From Cyanophyceae cyanobacterium (GTDB lineage Bacteria > Cyanobacteriota > Cyanobacteriia > Cyanobacteriales > Laspinemataceae), in contig JBBQFN010000024.1 in assembly GCA_038321985.1 (NCBI GenBank), positions 1 through 64,000 of the forward strand: a stretch of DNA of 64,000 nt, read 5' to 3'. Positions within the stretch are counted from its first letter, which is position 1, and each line of letters begins with the position of its first letter. The notes beneath the pieces are model-generated. The model did no database searches, was not told where the DNA came from, and saw only the letters and a program-made list of their open reading frames with translations. Below are positions 42,981 through 52,825 of this stretch, piece after piece. A program made the position numbers and the translations under genes.

Positions 42981-43308
42981 AGGGTCTTGTGCCGCAGGCT
43001 TGGGGAAATTGGGAGAAGTGGGGATGGTTTTTCTTAAAAATGTGATGGGTCCGGTCCCCTTATCTTGGGAAGGGAGGGGACTAGAGTTGATACTCCCCTT
43101 TTCCCCCTCTTCCCAAAACAATGGCTAACTGCTCATTGCCAAAAAACTTTGAGCAATTAGCAATTAGCCATTGGGATTTAGATCTGAACGTTACACAAAC
43201 AAGGCGAGCGATCGCAAGTCGGGTTACCCCAAATGTTATGGGACTCTGACTGGGAACTCACGGCACGAGGCTCGTTTTTCCAGTGCGATCGCCCCCTTTG
43301 CCTTGTGT

Positions 43309-43737
43309 TTACGGATCGTAAGGCTTCTTCCCGCTGAACTTGATTTTCGCAGGTTGGGGGTTGTCGCCAATTTTGCGATCGTTCTTGCCGTAGTAAGCAC
43401 GACCTTCGTTCACCTTTTCAGGGAAGACCCCATCTTTCGGATGGAGGTACTCGGTTTCACCGCTGGCATAAATGCGGTAAATTTTGTAGTCGTCAATTTT
43501 CGGCTTGAACTTGGTCCGGAACTGGGTCGCTAATGCGAGGCAATGCTCCTTCCGAGGCAGGTAGACTAGGTTTTCCCCTGCGTTCATCACAGCCGCGCCA
43601 CCGCTGGGCATTTCAAACACTTGCTCTTTAGGAGAGGTCCAAGTGATTGCGTATTTTTCTTCCACTAGCGCTTTGCTGAGCAAACCGCCTGTGCTGCCCC
43701 CAAATTTTGGGGCTTGGCCTTTCAAGGTTTCTGCCAT
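43309..43737 (-). CDS. psaD: Photosystem I subunit II
   Basis: [38 protein letters not shown]. Confidence 0.99.
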   Translation of the reverse strand: MAETLKGQAPKFGGSTGGLLSKALVEEKYAITWTSPKEQVFEMPSGGAAVMNAGENLVYLPRKEHCLALATQFRTKFKPKIDDYKIYRIYASGETEYLHPKDGVFPEKVNEGRAYYGKNDRKIGDNPQPAKIKFSGKKPYDP

Positions 43738-43885
43738 ATCTTACTCCGGATATTTTGAAACAATTTTTAGGGCATCGTACCACTCACACCGCTTGCCGCT
43801 ACAGACTTTGTAAGGATCTGTAACAGTTCTTTAGATTTGGGGCAGTCGGTGTTGGTTATTGGTTATCTGAAGAGGGGGGAATGGC

Positions 43886-45940
43886 CTACCGAATAGGGGT
43901 CCGACGACTGCGGGAACTCCCGGAGGAGCGATCGCGTTTTTGAGATTTGCTTTTGCCTGGGGTGCGCGGGTTAGGGGTGGCTTCGGACCCGCCGTCGGCG
44001 GCGATCGGAATGGTGAAATAAAACTGGCTGCCGCAGTCTTTTCCCGCAGATTTGGCCCAAATATGGCCCCCCCAGCCGGTGACGATTTGCCGACAGATGG
44101 CTAACCCTAAGCCGGTGCCACCTGTGGAACGACGCAGTGCACCTTCTTCTTGGTAAAAGCGATCAAAGACAGTTTCTAAGCGATCGCTACTAATGCCTCG
44201 GCCCGTATCAGCCACCTTGACTTCTAGGAAGCGATCGCCACTCCGTTCGGCGCAGATCGTCACTTTTCCATCCGGGGGTGTAAATTTACAGGCATTGTCA
44301 ATCAGTTTGGAGAGCACCTCCACCAACCACTCCCCATCAGCGCGCACCAAAGGTAGATCATCCGGGACTTCCAGGTTCAGGGTGGGTAGGGAGCCAGCTT
44401 CGGAGTTGGACCGGGTGCGAACGCTACTGAGGGCTAAGGAAAGGCATTCGTGGAATGGGAGGGCTTCGGTATTCCATTCCACTCTTCCGCTTTCGAGGCG
44501 GGAGAGGGTGAGGAAATCCTGCACAAGGGTCCGCATTCTTTCCGCATCATCTAAGGCGGTACTCAGCATGACTTGCCGCAGTTCCGCAGGCATATCAGGG
44601 TCGGAGGCTAGACTTTCTAAGCAGACTTGGATGGTGGAGAGGGGGGTCCGCAGTTCATGTCCAGTAATGGCGATCAAGTTGCTGCGGGTGCGATCGAGGG
44701 CTTCGAGTTGTTGGTTGAGGTCCCCTAAATTGGCATAGGCTTCGGCTTGAAGGGTCGCTACCCCAACTTGGGTGGCGATCGCCTCAACCATGACTAATTC
44801 CTCGGCATCCCACTCTCTTTGCTCCTGTCCACAGTGGTGTAACTCCACCATTCCCACCAATTGATTTTGATAGCGCACAGGTACCATTAACCAGGATTCA
44901 ATCTGGCACTCCTGGATTAAGTTCACCAACCGAGTCGATCCACTAATTCGAGGGTCGGTATGGATGTTTTCGACTACCACTCGTTCTCCAGAAGCGACGA
45001 CTTCTTGAAACAGGGGATTTTCCTGCAACGGCCATACTTCTCCGGTGAGGGACTTCACCGGCTGTCCTAAAAATTCATAGGCGATCGCCGCTTCTTTATC
45101 CGTTGCCTTGCAGCGATAAATTAAACACCGACAAACATCCAGCGCGGCTCCGAGTTCTCGCACCGCCACTTGGAAAACATCCGCCGGATTCAAGGATTGA
45201 CGAATCGCTGTAGTAATAGAATTAACTAACCGTTCTCGACGCTCCTGCGCGGCGATCGAGCGATAGGTTTTGACTAATTTATGTTGACCGGCTTGTAGGT
45301 ACGTTACCAAGCGCTGTACAAAAGGTCCGGGGTCTACATCCTGGAAATTTCCTGCCGTTTCCAGCCCGGTGCTGGATTCACGCAATCCATAAGTGGCGAT
45401 CGCCCGTTCGATCTTCTCCTCTAACTCCGGACGATACACCCGCACTCGCTCCAACAATAACCGCGCTACGGTACAAGAAACCTGCCGATCAAAGGTCCAG
45501 ATCCCCTCAAATCGCCTAGATTGATCCATCGATGGCGGCTCCGATGACGCCACCACCGCCACCTCCTTTTCTCGACAAACCAGACAAGTCGAATAGTTCT
45601 GTGCCAGCACCAGTAAGTGCCACTCCTTCGCTAACCCATCCGTGGGTTCAAAAGCCACAGCCTCCTCGATCTGAGAACTATTTTGAAATTCCGTTTCCGG
45701 TGCCGCAAGCACATACACTTGATCGCTCTTATTCCCGATGCGCCTATATCGGTGTGCCTCCTGGCGATAAAATCGCTCTCGTTGAAAGCAGGCAATCACC
45801 AAAGGCTGATCCGCCCCCGCCAGGACTTGATCTTCCATCGCATGGGACAGTGCGGTTAAAGAAGACTTGAAATAAATTTGAGTTCTCAGCAGGGGCTTTT
45901 CTTGCAGCAACTCTTCCAGCACCGAAGTAGGAATGCTCAT
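43886..45940 (-). CDS. DICT-GAF histidine kinase
   Basis: YFKSSLTALSHAMED, FQRERFY (DICT); GHELRTPL; GGTGLGLAIC. Confidence 0.9.
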   Translation of the reverse strand: MSIPTSVLEELLQEKPLLRTQIYFKSSLTALSHAMEDQVLAGADQPLVIACFQRERFYRQEAHRYRRIGNKSDQVYVLAAPETEFQNSSQIEEAVAFEPTDGLAKEWHLLVLAQNYSTCLVCREKEVAVVASSEPPSMDQSRRFEGIWTFDRQVSCTVARLLLERVRVYRPELEEKIERAIATYGLRESSTGLETAGNFQDVDPGPFVQRLVTYLQAGQHKLVKTYRSIAAQERRERLVNSITTAIRQSLNPADVFQVAVRELGAALDVCRCLIYRCKATDKEAAIAYEFLGQPVKSLTGEVWPLQENPLFQEVVASGERVVVENIHTDPRISGSTRLVNLIQECQIESWLMVPVRYQNQLVGMVELHHCGQEQREWDAEELVMVEAIATQVGVATLQAEAYANLGDLNQQLEALDRTRSNLIAITGHELRTPLSTIQVCLESLASDPDMPAELRQVMLSTALDDAERMRTLVQDFLTLSRLESGRVEWNTEALPFHECLSLALSSVRTRSNSEAGSLPTLNLEVPDDLPLVRADGEWLVEVLSKLIDNACKFTPPDGKVTICAERSGDRFLEVKVADTGRGISSDRLETVFDRFYQEEGALRRSTGGTGLGLAICRQIVTGWGGHIWAKSAGKDCGSQFYFTIPIAADGGSEATPNPRTPGKSKSQKRDRSSGSSRSRRTPIR

Positions 45941-46581
45941 TTATCTTGTCTTGTTTCCAGTGTAGGCAACGTCCATTTTTAATCTGCACGGCAATTTTCA
46001 GGCGGTCCCGGTATTGCCGAAACTATAATCTTTTCCCTATAACAACGTTATCGCACCATGAGCCGACTCCTGCCAGATTCAACAAAAAAGAAGCGCCTTT
46101 CAGATTAAGGCACTAGGTATAATTTCTCAAACCTTCGGTGATCCAACCCTAATTCCACCCTAAAATTCAACTCAACCCCCGAAAAAAATAAACTTGCTGT
46201 CGTTTTTTCTCGGTTTAAGTTATGTCTAAGTTAAGAGTAACGACTTAAGTCGTTTCTTATTTTTTAAAGCCAATCTAAATAAACTAGCCTACTCCTCAAT
46301 TCCCTTGCGCCCATGATTGAAATAATTTTATATATACAGTTGCCGTAAAAACTTCACACGTTCATCTTCCAAAAAGATTAAATTTATTCTATTATTATTC
46401 AATAAAGCCCTTACAAATGATAAAAAAGAACGTAAAGGGATAAACTACGGCTCACTCAGAAATTATTCCAGGGAACGTCCCGATTGATTCCCCTCAACTT
46501 CAAACCGACAGCGACTTTATGATCAACAGCAAACCCTCCAGATTTGGTGGATCTCCATCCGGTACTTATTCCGAGTGGCCG

Positions 46582-46761
46582 CTAATTCTTTGCCGGAGAC
46601 GAGGGGGGAGGGGGAACTTTTCCCTCGTCGCTGGCTCCTTCTACAGCTTTTTCAATAATAAAAGCGGCTAAGTTGGCAACGGGCCGTCCTTGACTGTCAG
46701 CCCAACGTTCTAGGGCATCATAAACGGCATCGGGAAGGGTGACGTGTACTCGTTTACTCAC
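46582..46761 (-). CDS. CopG-like ribbon-helix-helix protein, 59 aa (absent from ORF track)
   Basis: Manual translation from GTG 46761: MSKRVHVTLPDAVYDALERWADSQGRPVANLAAFIIEKAVEGASDEGKVPPPPSSPAKN*. Confidence 0.88.
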   Translation of the reverse strand: MSKRVHVTLPDAVYDALERWADSQGRPVANLAAFIIEKAVEGASDEGKVPPPPSSPAKN

Positions 46762-47090
46762 TGTTTTATCTTGCTCTCAACACTTTTATGATACATCGCG
46801 GGAGCTGGGATGTACGTTAAACTTACCAATAGGGAACCGATCCGGGTCACCAGGGTACCTAATTGTGATAAAATAGCGGCTAAGGAAAAACCGCGCCCTG
46901 TCTTGCCGGACAGAACGCGGGGAATGCTAAGCCTAACCACTTATTCAGAGGACGGATAGGAGATCAAAATCATTGGACCGTCTCAGGTCGGAAAGACGCT
47001 GAGATTTTTTGAGACCCTTCTTACCGGACCCTTGAGGCACCAAGACAATAAGAAGAATTGAACCGGCTCAGGTCAATTGCATAATCTAAG

Positions 47091-47206
47091 GACAATTAAG
47101 GACAATTGAAATTAATTAAGGAAGCGAAGGACAGTTGGAATCAATTGATTTCAATTGATTTCAATTGCAACCAATTGAAATCAATTAAAGACAATTAAGG
47201 ACAATT
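47091..47206. repeat. 10-bp-period CAATT array ending at the ATG of the next gene
   Basis: Cores at 47093, 47103, 47113 (TAATT), then 47132 (CAGTT), 47142, 47152, 47162, 47172, 47182, 47192, 47202; extra core at 47074. Confidence 0.92.
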
Positions 47207-48367
47207 ATGGCGCAGAAGACGGAAGGTATCAACCCATCTCCCCTTGATTATGGAAATTTACCCGCCAATGTGGTAGAAGCTGCGGAAGCGGTTGTATGCC
47301 GGATCCGCGATCGCATCAAAACCGGGACCATTCAGCAGATTGAGAACGGGTGCGACTTGCTGGAAACTAAGCAACGCTTGGGAAAAGACCTGTTCCGAGT
47401 CTGGGTCGATCGCTATTTTGAGGGGTCGGAATATCTAGCGGGAAATTTAATCAAAGTGGCGGAACTGGTTCAGCGAGTTCCCCACCGGATTGATCAGATG
47501 GCGGGGTGGAGCATTTCAGCATTAGCGGCCCTCAGTAGCGGGTCCGATCGCCTAGCGGAAAAGATTTTAACCTCTGGCGATCGCCCTAGCGCTACGATGA
47601 TTAAACAACGGGTACGCAGCGAACGGACCGGCCAACCGGCGATCGCCCGTAAGCCTTCCCCAAAACGGTTTAGCCAAGAAGAGGTAAACCGAAAAATTGG
47701 TGAGGCAGTCGCCCAGAAGGAACGGGAACTCGAAACCTTGCGAATTGAGTTAGAGAAAGAATTCCAAGCCCGAGTACAGGCGGAATATCGCCAAGCGCGG
47801 GATGCGGGATTGCTGGCGGCTAAAACTGAATTAGCGGCGGCCCAGGAATTGCGCGAGGAACTCATGGCTAAAAATGCTGAACTTGCTGCTGAATTGCAAG
47901 CAAAAGAGGCGGAGTTAGAAGCCCATGCGGATTTGCCGCGAGAGAATGAATTAAAGGATGAACGCATTGCTGATTTAGAGGCGGCCTTAGAACGGTCTAA
48001 ACAGGAAAGCTGGGAAAATACCTTTAATGAGGAAGCCGCTAAGGTGGTGAATGCAGACTTAGAAAAAGCCTATCAGCCTTTGGTGGAAAAGTTGGACCGG
48101 ATGACGCACAAGCTCGCCCAACAAGAGGAAGAACTCAAGGGTTATCGCCAAGGGGGAGTGCCACGGGAGGAACTGCCGGTTTCTGAGGAATCGGGGGCGA
48201 TCGCCGCTGACTTTGGGCAGTTGGCTGAAACCCTGGAACTGCCGGGATGGAGTGGTAGAGGGTATCGGGCTTCTGATGGGATGCTTTACACCAATCTAGT
48301 CACGGCCATTTCTCATTTTATTCAGGATTTTCAAGGTAATTCATCCTCTAATTCTCGCTCTTTTTAA
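47207..48367 (+). CDS. DUF3102-like N-terminal domain plus long coiled coil
   Basis: IENGCDLLETKQRLG...FRVWVDRYF..S...A..LIKVAE resembles DUF3102; E/K/A/L-rich coiled coil follows. Confidence 0.65.
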   Translation: MAQKTEGINPSPLDYGNLPANVVEAAEAVVCRIRDRIKTGTIQQIENGCDLLETKQRLGKDLFRVWVDRYFEGSEYLAGNLIKVAELVQRVPHRIDQMAGWSISALAALSSGSDRLAEKILTSGDRPSATMIKQRVRSERTGQPAIARKPSPKRFSQEEVNRKIGEAVAQKERELETLRIELEKEFQARVQAEYRQARDAGLLAAKTELAAAQELREELMAKNAELAAELQAKEAELEAHADLPRENELKDERIADLEAALERSKQESWENTFNEEAAKVVNADLEKAYQPLVEKLDRMTHKLAQQEEELKGYRQGGVPREELPVSEESGAIAADFGQLAETLELPGWSGRGYRASDGMLYTNLVTAISHFIQDFQGNSSSNSRSF

Positions 48368-48400
48368 TTAGGAAATTTGGGTACATTGCTTTGGAATTAT

Positions 48401-48439
48401 GCTAGAGGGGGGGTGAGCAATGCTCACCCCCCCTCTAGC
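48401..48439. terminator. Perfect 19-bp inverted repeat downstream of the DUF3102-like gene
   Basis: gctagagggggggtgagca-a-tgctcaccccccctctagc; core resembles the gtgggcaatgcccac REP. Confidence 0.7.
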
Positions 48440-48683
48440 TAACCGCCCTAAATTGGGTAATTCTTCGCCATAAGGGGACTGTTTTGCTCCCTACAGCCGC
48501 CAGGAAGCCAAAGGTTTCCCCCTCCTTAATTTTATTATTTAGAAGAGCTTTTTACTTCATTATTAAGAATATCATAAATATCAGAAACGAGTAAAGTCGT
48601 GACACCGAACCTAGGGAATTGAAGCGGTTACTCAGGATTTTACTCTTCAATTTGAATAATATCATAAATATCAGAAACGAGTA

Positions 48684-48894
48684 ATACGGAATGCGGTTGG
48701 AATAGGTCTTTAAAAACAAGTTGAGCAATTGTAGGGTGGGCAATGCCCACCCTACGATTTTTAATACTTTTAACAACCGGATTTAGTAGCAATTGTAGGG
48801 TGGACAATGCCCACCGAACAGTCATGTGGGCAATGCCTCCTGAGCTTGTCGAAGGGCCTACGATTTTTAATACTTTTAACAACCGGATTTAGTA
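48684..48894. mobile_element. MITE-like REP-containing insertion flanked by TA, inside a duplicated segment
   Basis: Empty site gagTAaagtcg near 48590; filled site gagTA-[atacggaatgcggttg...caaccggatttagta]-TAaagtcg; internal palindrome gtagggtgggcaatgcccaccctac at 48731-48755. Confidence 0.72.
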
Positions 48895-49220
48895 TAAAGT
48901 CGGGATATCGAACCTAGGAAATTGAAGCGGTTACTCAGGATTTTACTCTTCAATTTTTAGTCGCCTGGTGGAACTTAGCAATGCGCTCTAGCTGAGTGGG
49001 GACAAAACCCGCTATTATAACAATAAAGAAAATATAAAGAGATTAAAAAGAACTACTAAGCATTTTTAATAAATTTTGTCAACTTTCTAAAGAAATACAA
49101 ATTTGTTGGAGGGCTTGGGGAATATTGGAATTAGTCCCGCTACTCCCTAGAGTAAAGGTTTCCAAAGTGGTTTAAACATCTCTCTCGCCCAAAGAAATTC
49201 AGTTAGTGAGGTAGGCTCTA

Positions 49221-52200
49221 ATGGTAATACAGTCTAAAAAATTTGTAGCCCTGCAAAAAGAATACGCTCAACTCCAGCAAAGACTCCAGGAGAGTGAAAC
49301 GGTATTCCAGATTAGCTTTAGCCAAGCCCCGGTGGGAATGGCTCAGTGTGGATTAGAGGGTCAAATCTGGAAAGCGAATGAGAAGTTTTGCGAGATAGTC
49401 GGGTACACACAGGAGGAATTGCGATCGCGAACTTTCGAGGACCTGACTCATCCAGAGGACTTGAATTTAGAATTAGCATGGGTGAGAAAATTAGTCGCGG
49501 CCCAGATAGATACCTATTCTCTACAAAAGCGATATTTGAGAAAGGACGGTGCGATCGCCCGAGTGTGGCTTCAAGTGGGTTTAGTCCGAGATGGTTCGGG
49601 AATGCCGCACTCAATCATCGGGTTTGTCGAAGAAATCACCGAGGGTCAGAAGCCGCAGACAGAGGATCGCCCCCATCAGCAATTATTAAACGCCTTTTTT
49701 GAAGAGGCACCGTCGGGGTTAGTTATTTTTGACCAGGGTCTGCGCTTCGTGAAGCTCAATAAAACCCTGGCTCAAATGATGGGGACGACAGAAACAGAAC
49801 CCCTCTCCAAAACCCTTGGAGAAGTTCTGCCCGAAATGGCGGCAGAAATTCAGGCGGGAATTGAGATTGTATTACGAGATCGCACTCCTGTATTCGCCCT
49901 AGAAGTGTCTGGAGATATCCCCAGGGAACCCGGAGTGCTGCGATCGTGGGAAGTTTCCTGTTTTCCTGTCACTGATACCCGGGATGCAGTCGTGGGGGTT
50001 GGCTGTGAAATTGCACCCATCGAAGATGAGGTGAGACTGGCTAAGGCTGAACGCCAACGCGCTGAAGCTGCATTGCATGAATATGAGGCCCGATTTCAAC
50101 GAGTCGCCAAAACTTTACCTGGGGTGGTTTATCAATACCGTCAGTACCCCAACCCGGCAGAGGATGTCTTTACCTATATTTCCCCCGCCTGTCGAGACAT
50201 TTATGAGCTTGAACCTGAAGCAGTCCTCAAAAATTCCCAGTTAATGTGGGAAATGATTCATCCCGAGGATCGGGCCGGATTTGCTCGTTCATTCACCCAT
50301 GCGGCCCAAAAGGGTAAAGAATGGCGTTATGAGTGGCGGATCATTACCCCTTCGGGACAACTTAAATGGGTCCAAGGCGTTGCCAAAATGACCCAACACC
50401 GGGACTGTGCGATCGTCTGGGATGGGGTGATTCTGGAGATTACTGAGCGCAAGTTGGCAGACGAGTCGATGCGTCAGCAGATAGAGATGCTGGACCTTGC
50501 CAATGATTGCATTATGATTCGCGATTTAAACGATAAGATTCAATATTGGAATCAAGGTTCTCAGCGGTTATATGGGTGGACCCAGGCCGAAGTCCAGGGA
50601 AAACATATCCATAGCTTTTTGCAGACCCGGTTTCCGGAATCGTTATCAGAAATTATGGCAAGTTGTTTACGGGCTGGCCATTGGCGAGGGGAGTTAATTC
50701 ATACTAAGCGTGATGGCTCTCAAGTTGTTGTAGAAAGTCGTTGGACTTTGCAACGGGATGCTCAGAAAAATCCCCGAGCTATTTTAGAACTTAATACCGA
50801 TATCAGCGATCGCAAACAAGCTGAAGAAGCCTTAAAAAATAGTGAAGCCCGCTTCCGTACAACCTTTGAACAAGCAGCAGTAGGCGTGGGTCATGTCAAT
50901 TTTGAGGGGCGGTTTATCCGAATCAATCAACGTTTCTGCGACATTGCGGGTTATTCAAAAGAGGAAATGCTTTCTCTAACTTTTCAGGAAATTACTCATC
51001 CCCAAGATTTAGAAATAGACGTGAATTTGTCCCAACAGGTGAAGCAGGAGCAAATTTCTCATTACTCCATTGAAAAGCGTTATCTTCGCAAAGATAATAC
51101 TTTAATTTGGGTCAATTTAACGGTGGCAATGGAGCAAGAGGGGAGCTATTGGATTGCGGTCGTAGAAGATATCAGCGAGCGCAAAAAATCTGAAGCCGCA
51201 CGGCTCGAAAGTGAGGCAAAACTTCTCGAAAAAGTTGAACGAGAGAAACTGCTCAATCGGCTAACTTCCCAAATCCGCAATTCCCTAGATTTGAATACTA
51301 TTTTGCAAACCCTTGTAGCGGAACTCCATCGGCTTTTAAATCTTGACCACTGTTACTTTTTATGGCAGCAAACCGAACCGACCCCGGTTTGGGCTTGCGT
51401 TTACGAAGCTAAACGACCCCATTTAAACAGTTTCTTAGGGACATACCCGATCGAAGAAGCTAGCCCTTTGCAACGGAAGTTGCTGGATATGGAAACGATC
51501 TCTTGTGATGATCTGGTGCAATCGCCGGATCCGTGCTGGCATAATATTTACTTGGAGGTGGGCTTTACCTCGTTTTTCTCAGTTCCCGTCCGCAAAAGTA
51601 ATGGAAATTTAGGGGTAATTTGTTGTGCCAATTTGAGCGAACCCCGCCCCTGGAAAGCGTCGGAAATAGACTTGTTATCAGCGGTACGGGAATGTCTGGA
51701 AATTGCCATTTTTCAAGCAGAGCTGTATAATGAAGCCACGGCGCGATCGCAAGAACTAGAACAAACGCTCAAGCAGCTCCAAAAAGCCCAAACCCAACTC
51801 ATCCAAAGTGAGAAAATGGCCAGCTTAGGTCAATTGGTGGCGGGAATTGCTCACGAGATTAATAATCCTACTAGCTTTATTTTTGGAAATATAATCCATG
51901 CGCGAGAGTATTTGTCAGACTTGCTAGAAGTAGTTGATCTGTATGAGACACAATATCCTAATCCAGTAACCGCCATTTCTGATAAGGCAGAGGGCGTGGA
52001 TTTAGAGTATTTGAAAAAAGATTTTCCTAAACTTCTGGATTCCATGGAACAAGGGGCCGTTCGCATCCGACAAATTGTTACCTCCTTGCGAACTTTTTCC
52101 CGCTTTGATGAAGCTCCGTTCAAAGATGTTGATATTCATTCGGGGATTGAAAGTGCATTAATGATTTTAACCAATCGGTTAAACTCTCAAAGTAATCGCC

Positions 52201-52637
52201 CGAAAATTGAAGTGATTAGAACCTATGAAACGCTTCCGAAAGTGGAGTGTTTTGCTAGTGAACTGAATCAAGTCTTTATGAATATTCTCACGAATGCGAT
52301 CGACGCGATTGAAGATGCCTATCGACATCGCGATCGCACTGAAGCCGGTAAAATTTGGATTCAGACTCAGGTGGTAGAAGGCGATAGTGTGGCGATACAG
52401 ATTAAAGATAATGGCTGTGGCATTCCGGAAAATTCTCTTCCCCGTCTCTTCGATCCATTTTTTACGACTAAACCTATCGGTCAAGGAACGGGGTTAGGAT
52501 TAGCAACCAGTTATCAAATTGCCGTTGATCGGCATAAAGGTCAACTTAAATGTAGCTCACAATTAGGAATAGGGACTGAATTTATCATTGAAATTCCAAT
52601 TCACCAGAAGAAATTGGGGAAGGATGGAATAGGATGA
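49221..52637 (+). CDS. Multi-PAS, GAF sensor histidine kinase
   Basis: Repeated PAS/PAC (THPEDL, IHPED), GAF, QSEKMASLGQLVAGIAHEINNP, GQGTGLGL. Confidence 0.93.
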   Translation: MVIQSKKFVALQKEYAQLQQRLQESETVFQISFSQAPVGMAQCGLEGQIWKANEKFCEIVGYTQEELRSRTFEDLTHPEDLNLELAWVRKLVAAQIDTYSLQKRYLRKDGAIARVWLQVGLVRDGSGMPHSIIGFVEEITEGQKPQTEDRPHQQLLNAFFEEAPSGLVIFDQGLRFVKLNKTLAQMMGTTETEPLSKTLGEVLPEMAAEIQAGIEIVLRDRTPVFALEVSGDIPREPGVLRSWEVSCFPVTDTRDAVVGVGCEIAPIEDEVRLAKAERQRAEAALHEYEARFQRVAKTLPGVVYQYRQYPNPAEDVFTYISPACRDIYELEPEAVLKNSQLMWEMIHPEDRAGFARSFTHAAQKGKEWRYEWRIITPSGQLKWVQGVAKMTQHRDCAIVWDGVILEITERKLADESMRQQIEMLDLANDCIMIRDLNDKIQYWNQGSQRLYGWTQAEVQGKHIHSFLQTRFPESLSEIMASCLRAGHWRGELIHTKRDGSQVVVESRWTLQRDAQKNPRAILELNTDISDRKQAEEALKNSEARFRTTFEQAAVGVGHVNFEGRFIRINQRFCDIAGYSKEEMLSLTFQEITHPQDLEIDVNLSQQVKQEQISHYSIEKRYLRKDNTLIWVNLTVAMEQEGSYWIAVVEDISERKKSEAARLESEAKLLEKVEREKLLNRLTSQIRNSLDLNTILQTLVAELHRLLNLDHCYFLWQQTEPTPVWACVYEAKRPHLNSFLGTYPIEEASPLQRKLLDMETISCDDLVQSPDPCWHNIYLEVGFTSFFSVPVRKSNGNLGVICCANLSEPRPWKASEIDLLSAVRECLEIAIFQAELYNEATARSQELEQTLKQLQKAQTQLIQSEKMASLGQLVAGIAHEINNPTSFIFGNIIHAREYLSDLLEVVDLYETQYPNPVTAISDKAEGVDLEYLKKDFPKLLDSMEQGAVRIRQIVTSLRTFSRFDEAPFKDVDIHSGIESALMILTNRLNSQSNRPKIEVIRTYETLPKVECFASELNQVFMNILTNAIDAIEDAYRHRDRTEAGKIWIQTQVVEGDSVAIQIKDNGCGIPENSLPRLFDPFFTTKPIGQGTGLGLATSYQIAVDRHKGQLKCSSQLGIGTEFIIEIPIHQKKLGKDGIG

Positions 52638-52825
52638 TTTCAAAACACAGGATGAAGAATAAAGGATTGGATTTGCCCCTCTCCCTAAATATCCCCCGCC
52701 GCCCCATCTGCCCCCGAGGCTGAAAAAATATAGATGACGGGCGTTAGCTACAATAGCAATCAAGGTAGAGTAGAATTAAAGCAGATAACTCAAAGAGAGT
52801 ACCGGGGAGAGGAGAACAATATATC

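Noticed and set aside
46599..46628. Hairpin gacgaggg...ccctcgtc as a terminator
   Set aside because: It lies inside the RHH coding sequence and encodes the Pro-rich tail
47091..47206. CRISPR array or coding repeat
   Set aside because: Units are 10 bp with no unique spacers, no cas genes are present, and there is an in-frame stop before the ATG
48552..48882. Two short minus-strand ORFs starting MLKVLKIVG
   Set aside because: They are translations of the duplicated REP/MITE sequence
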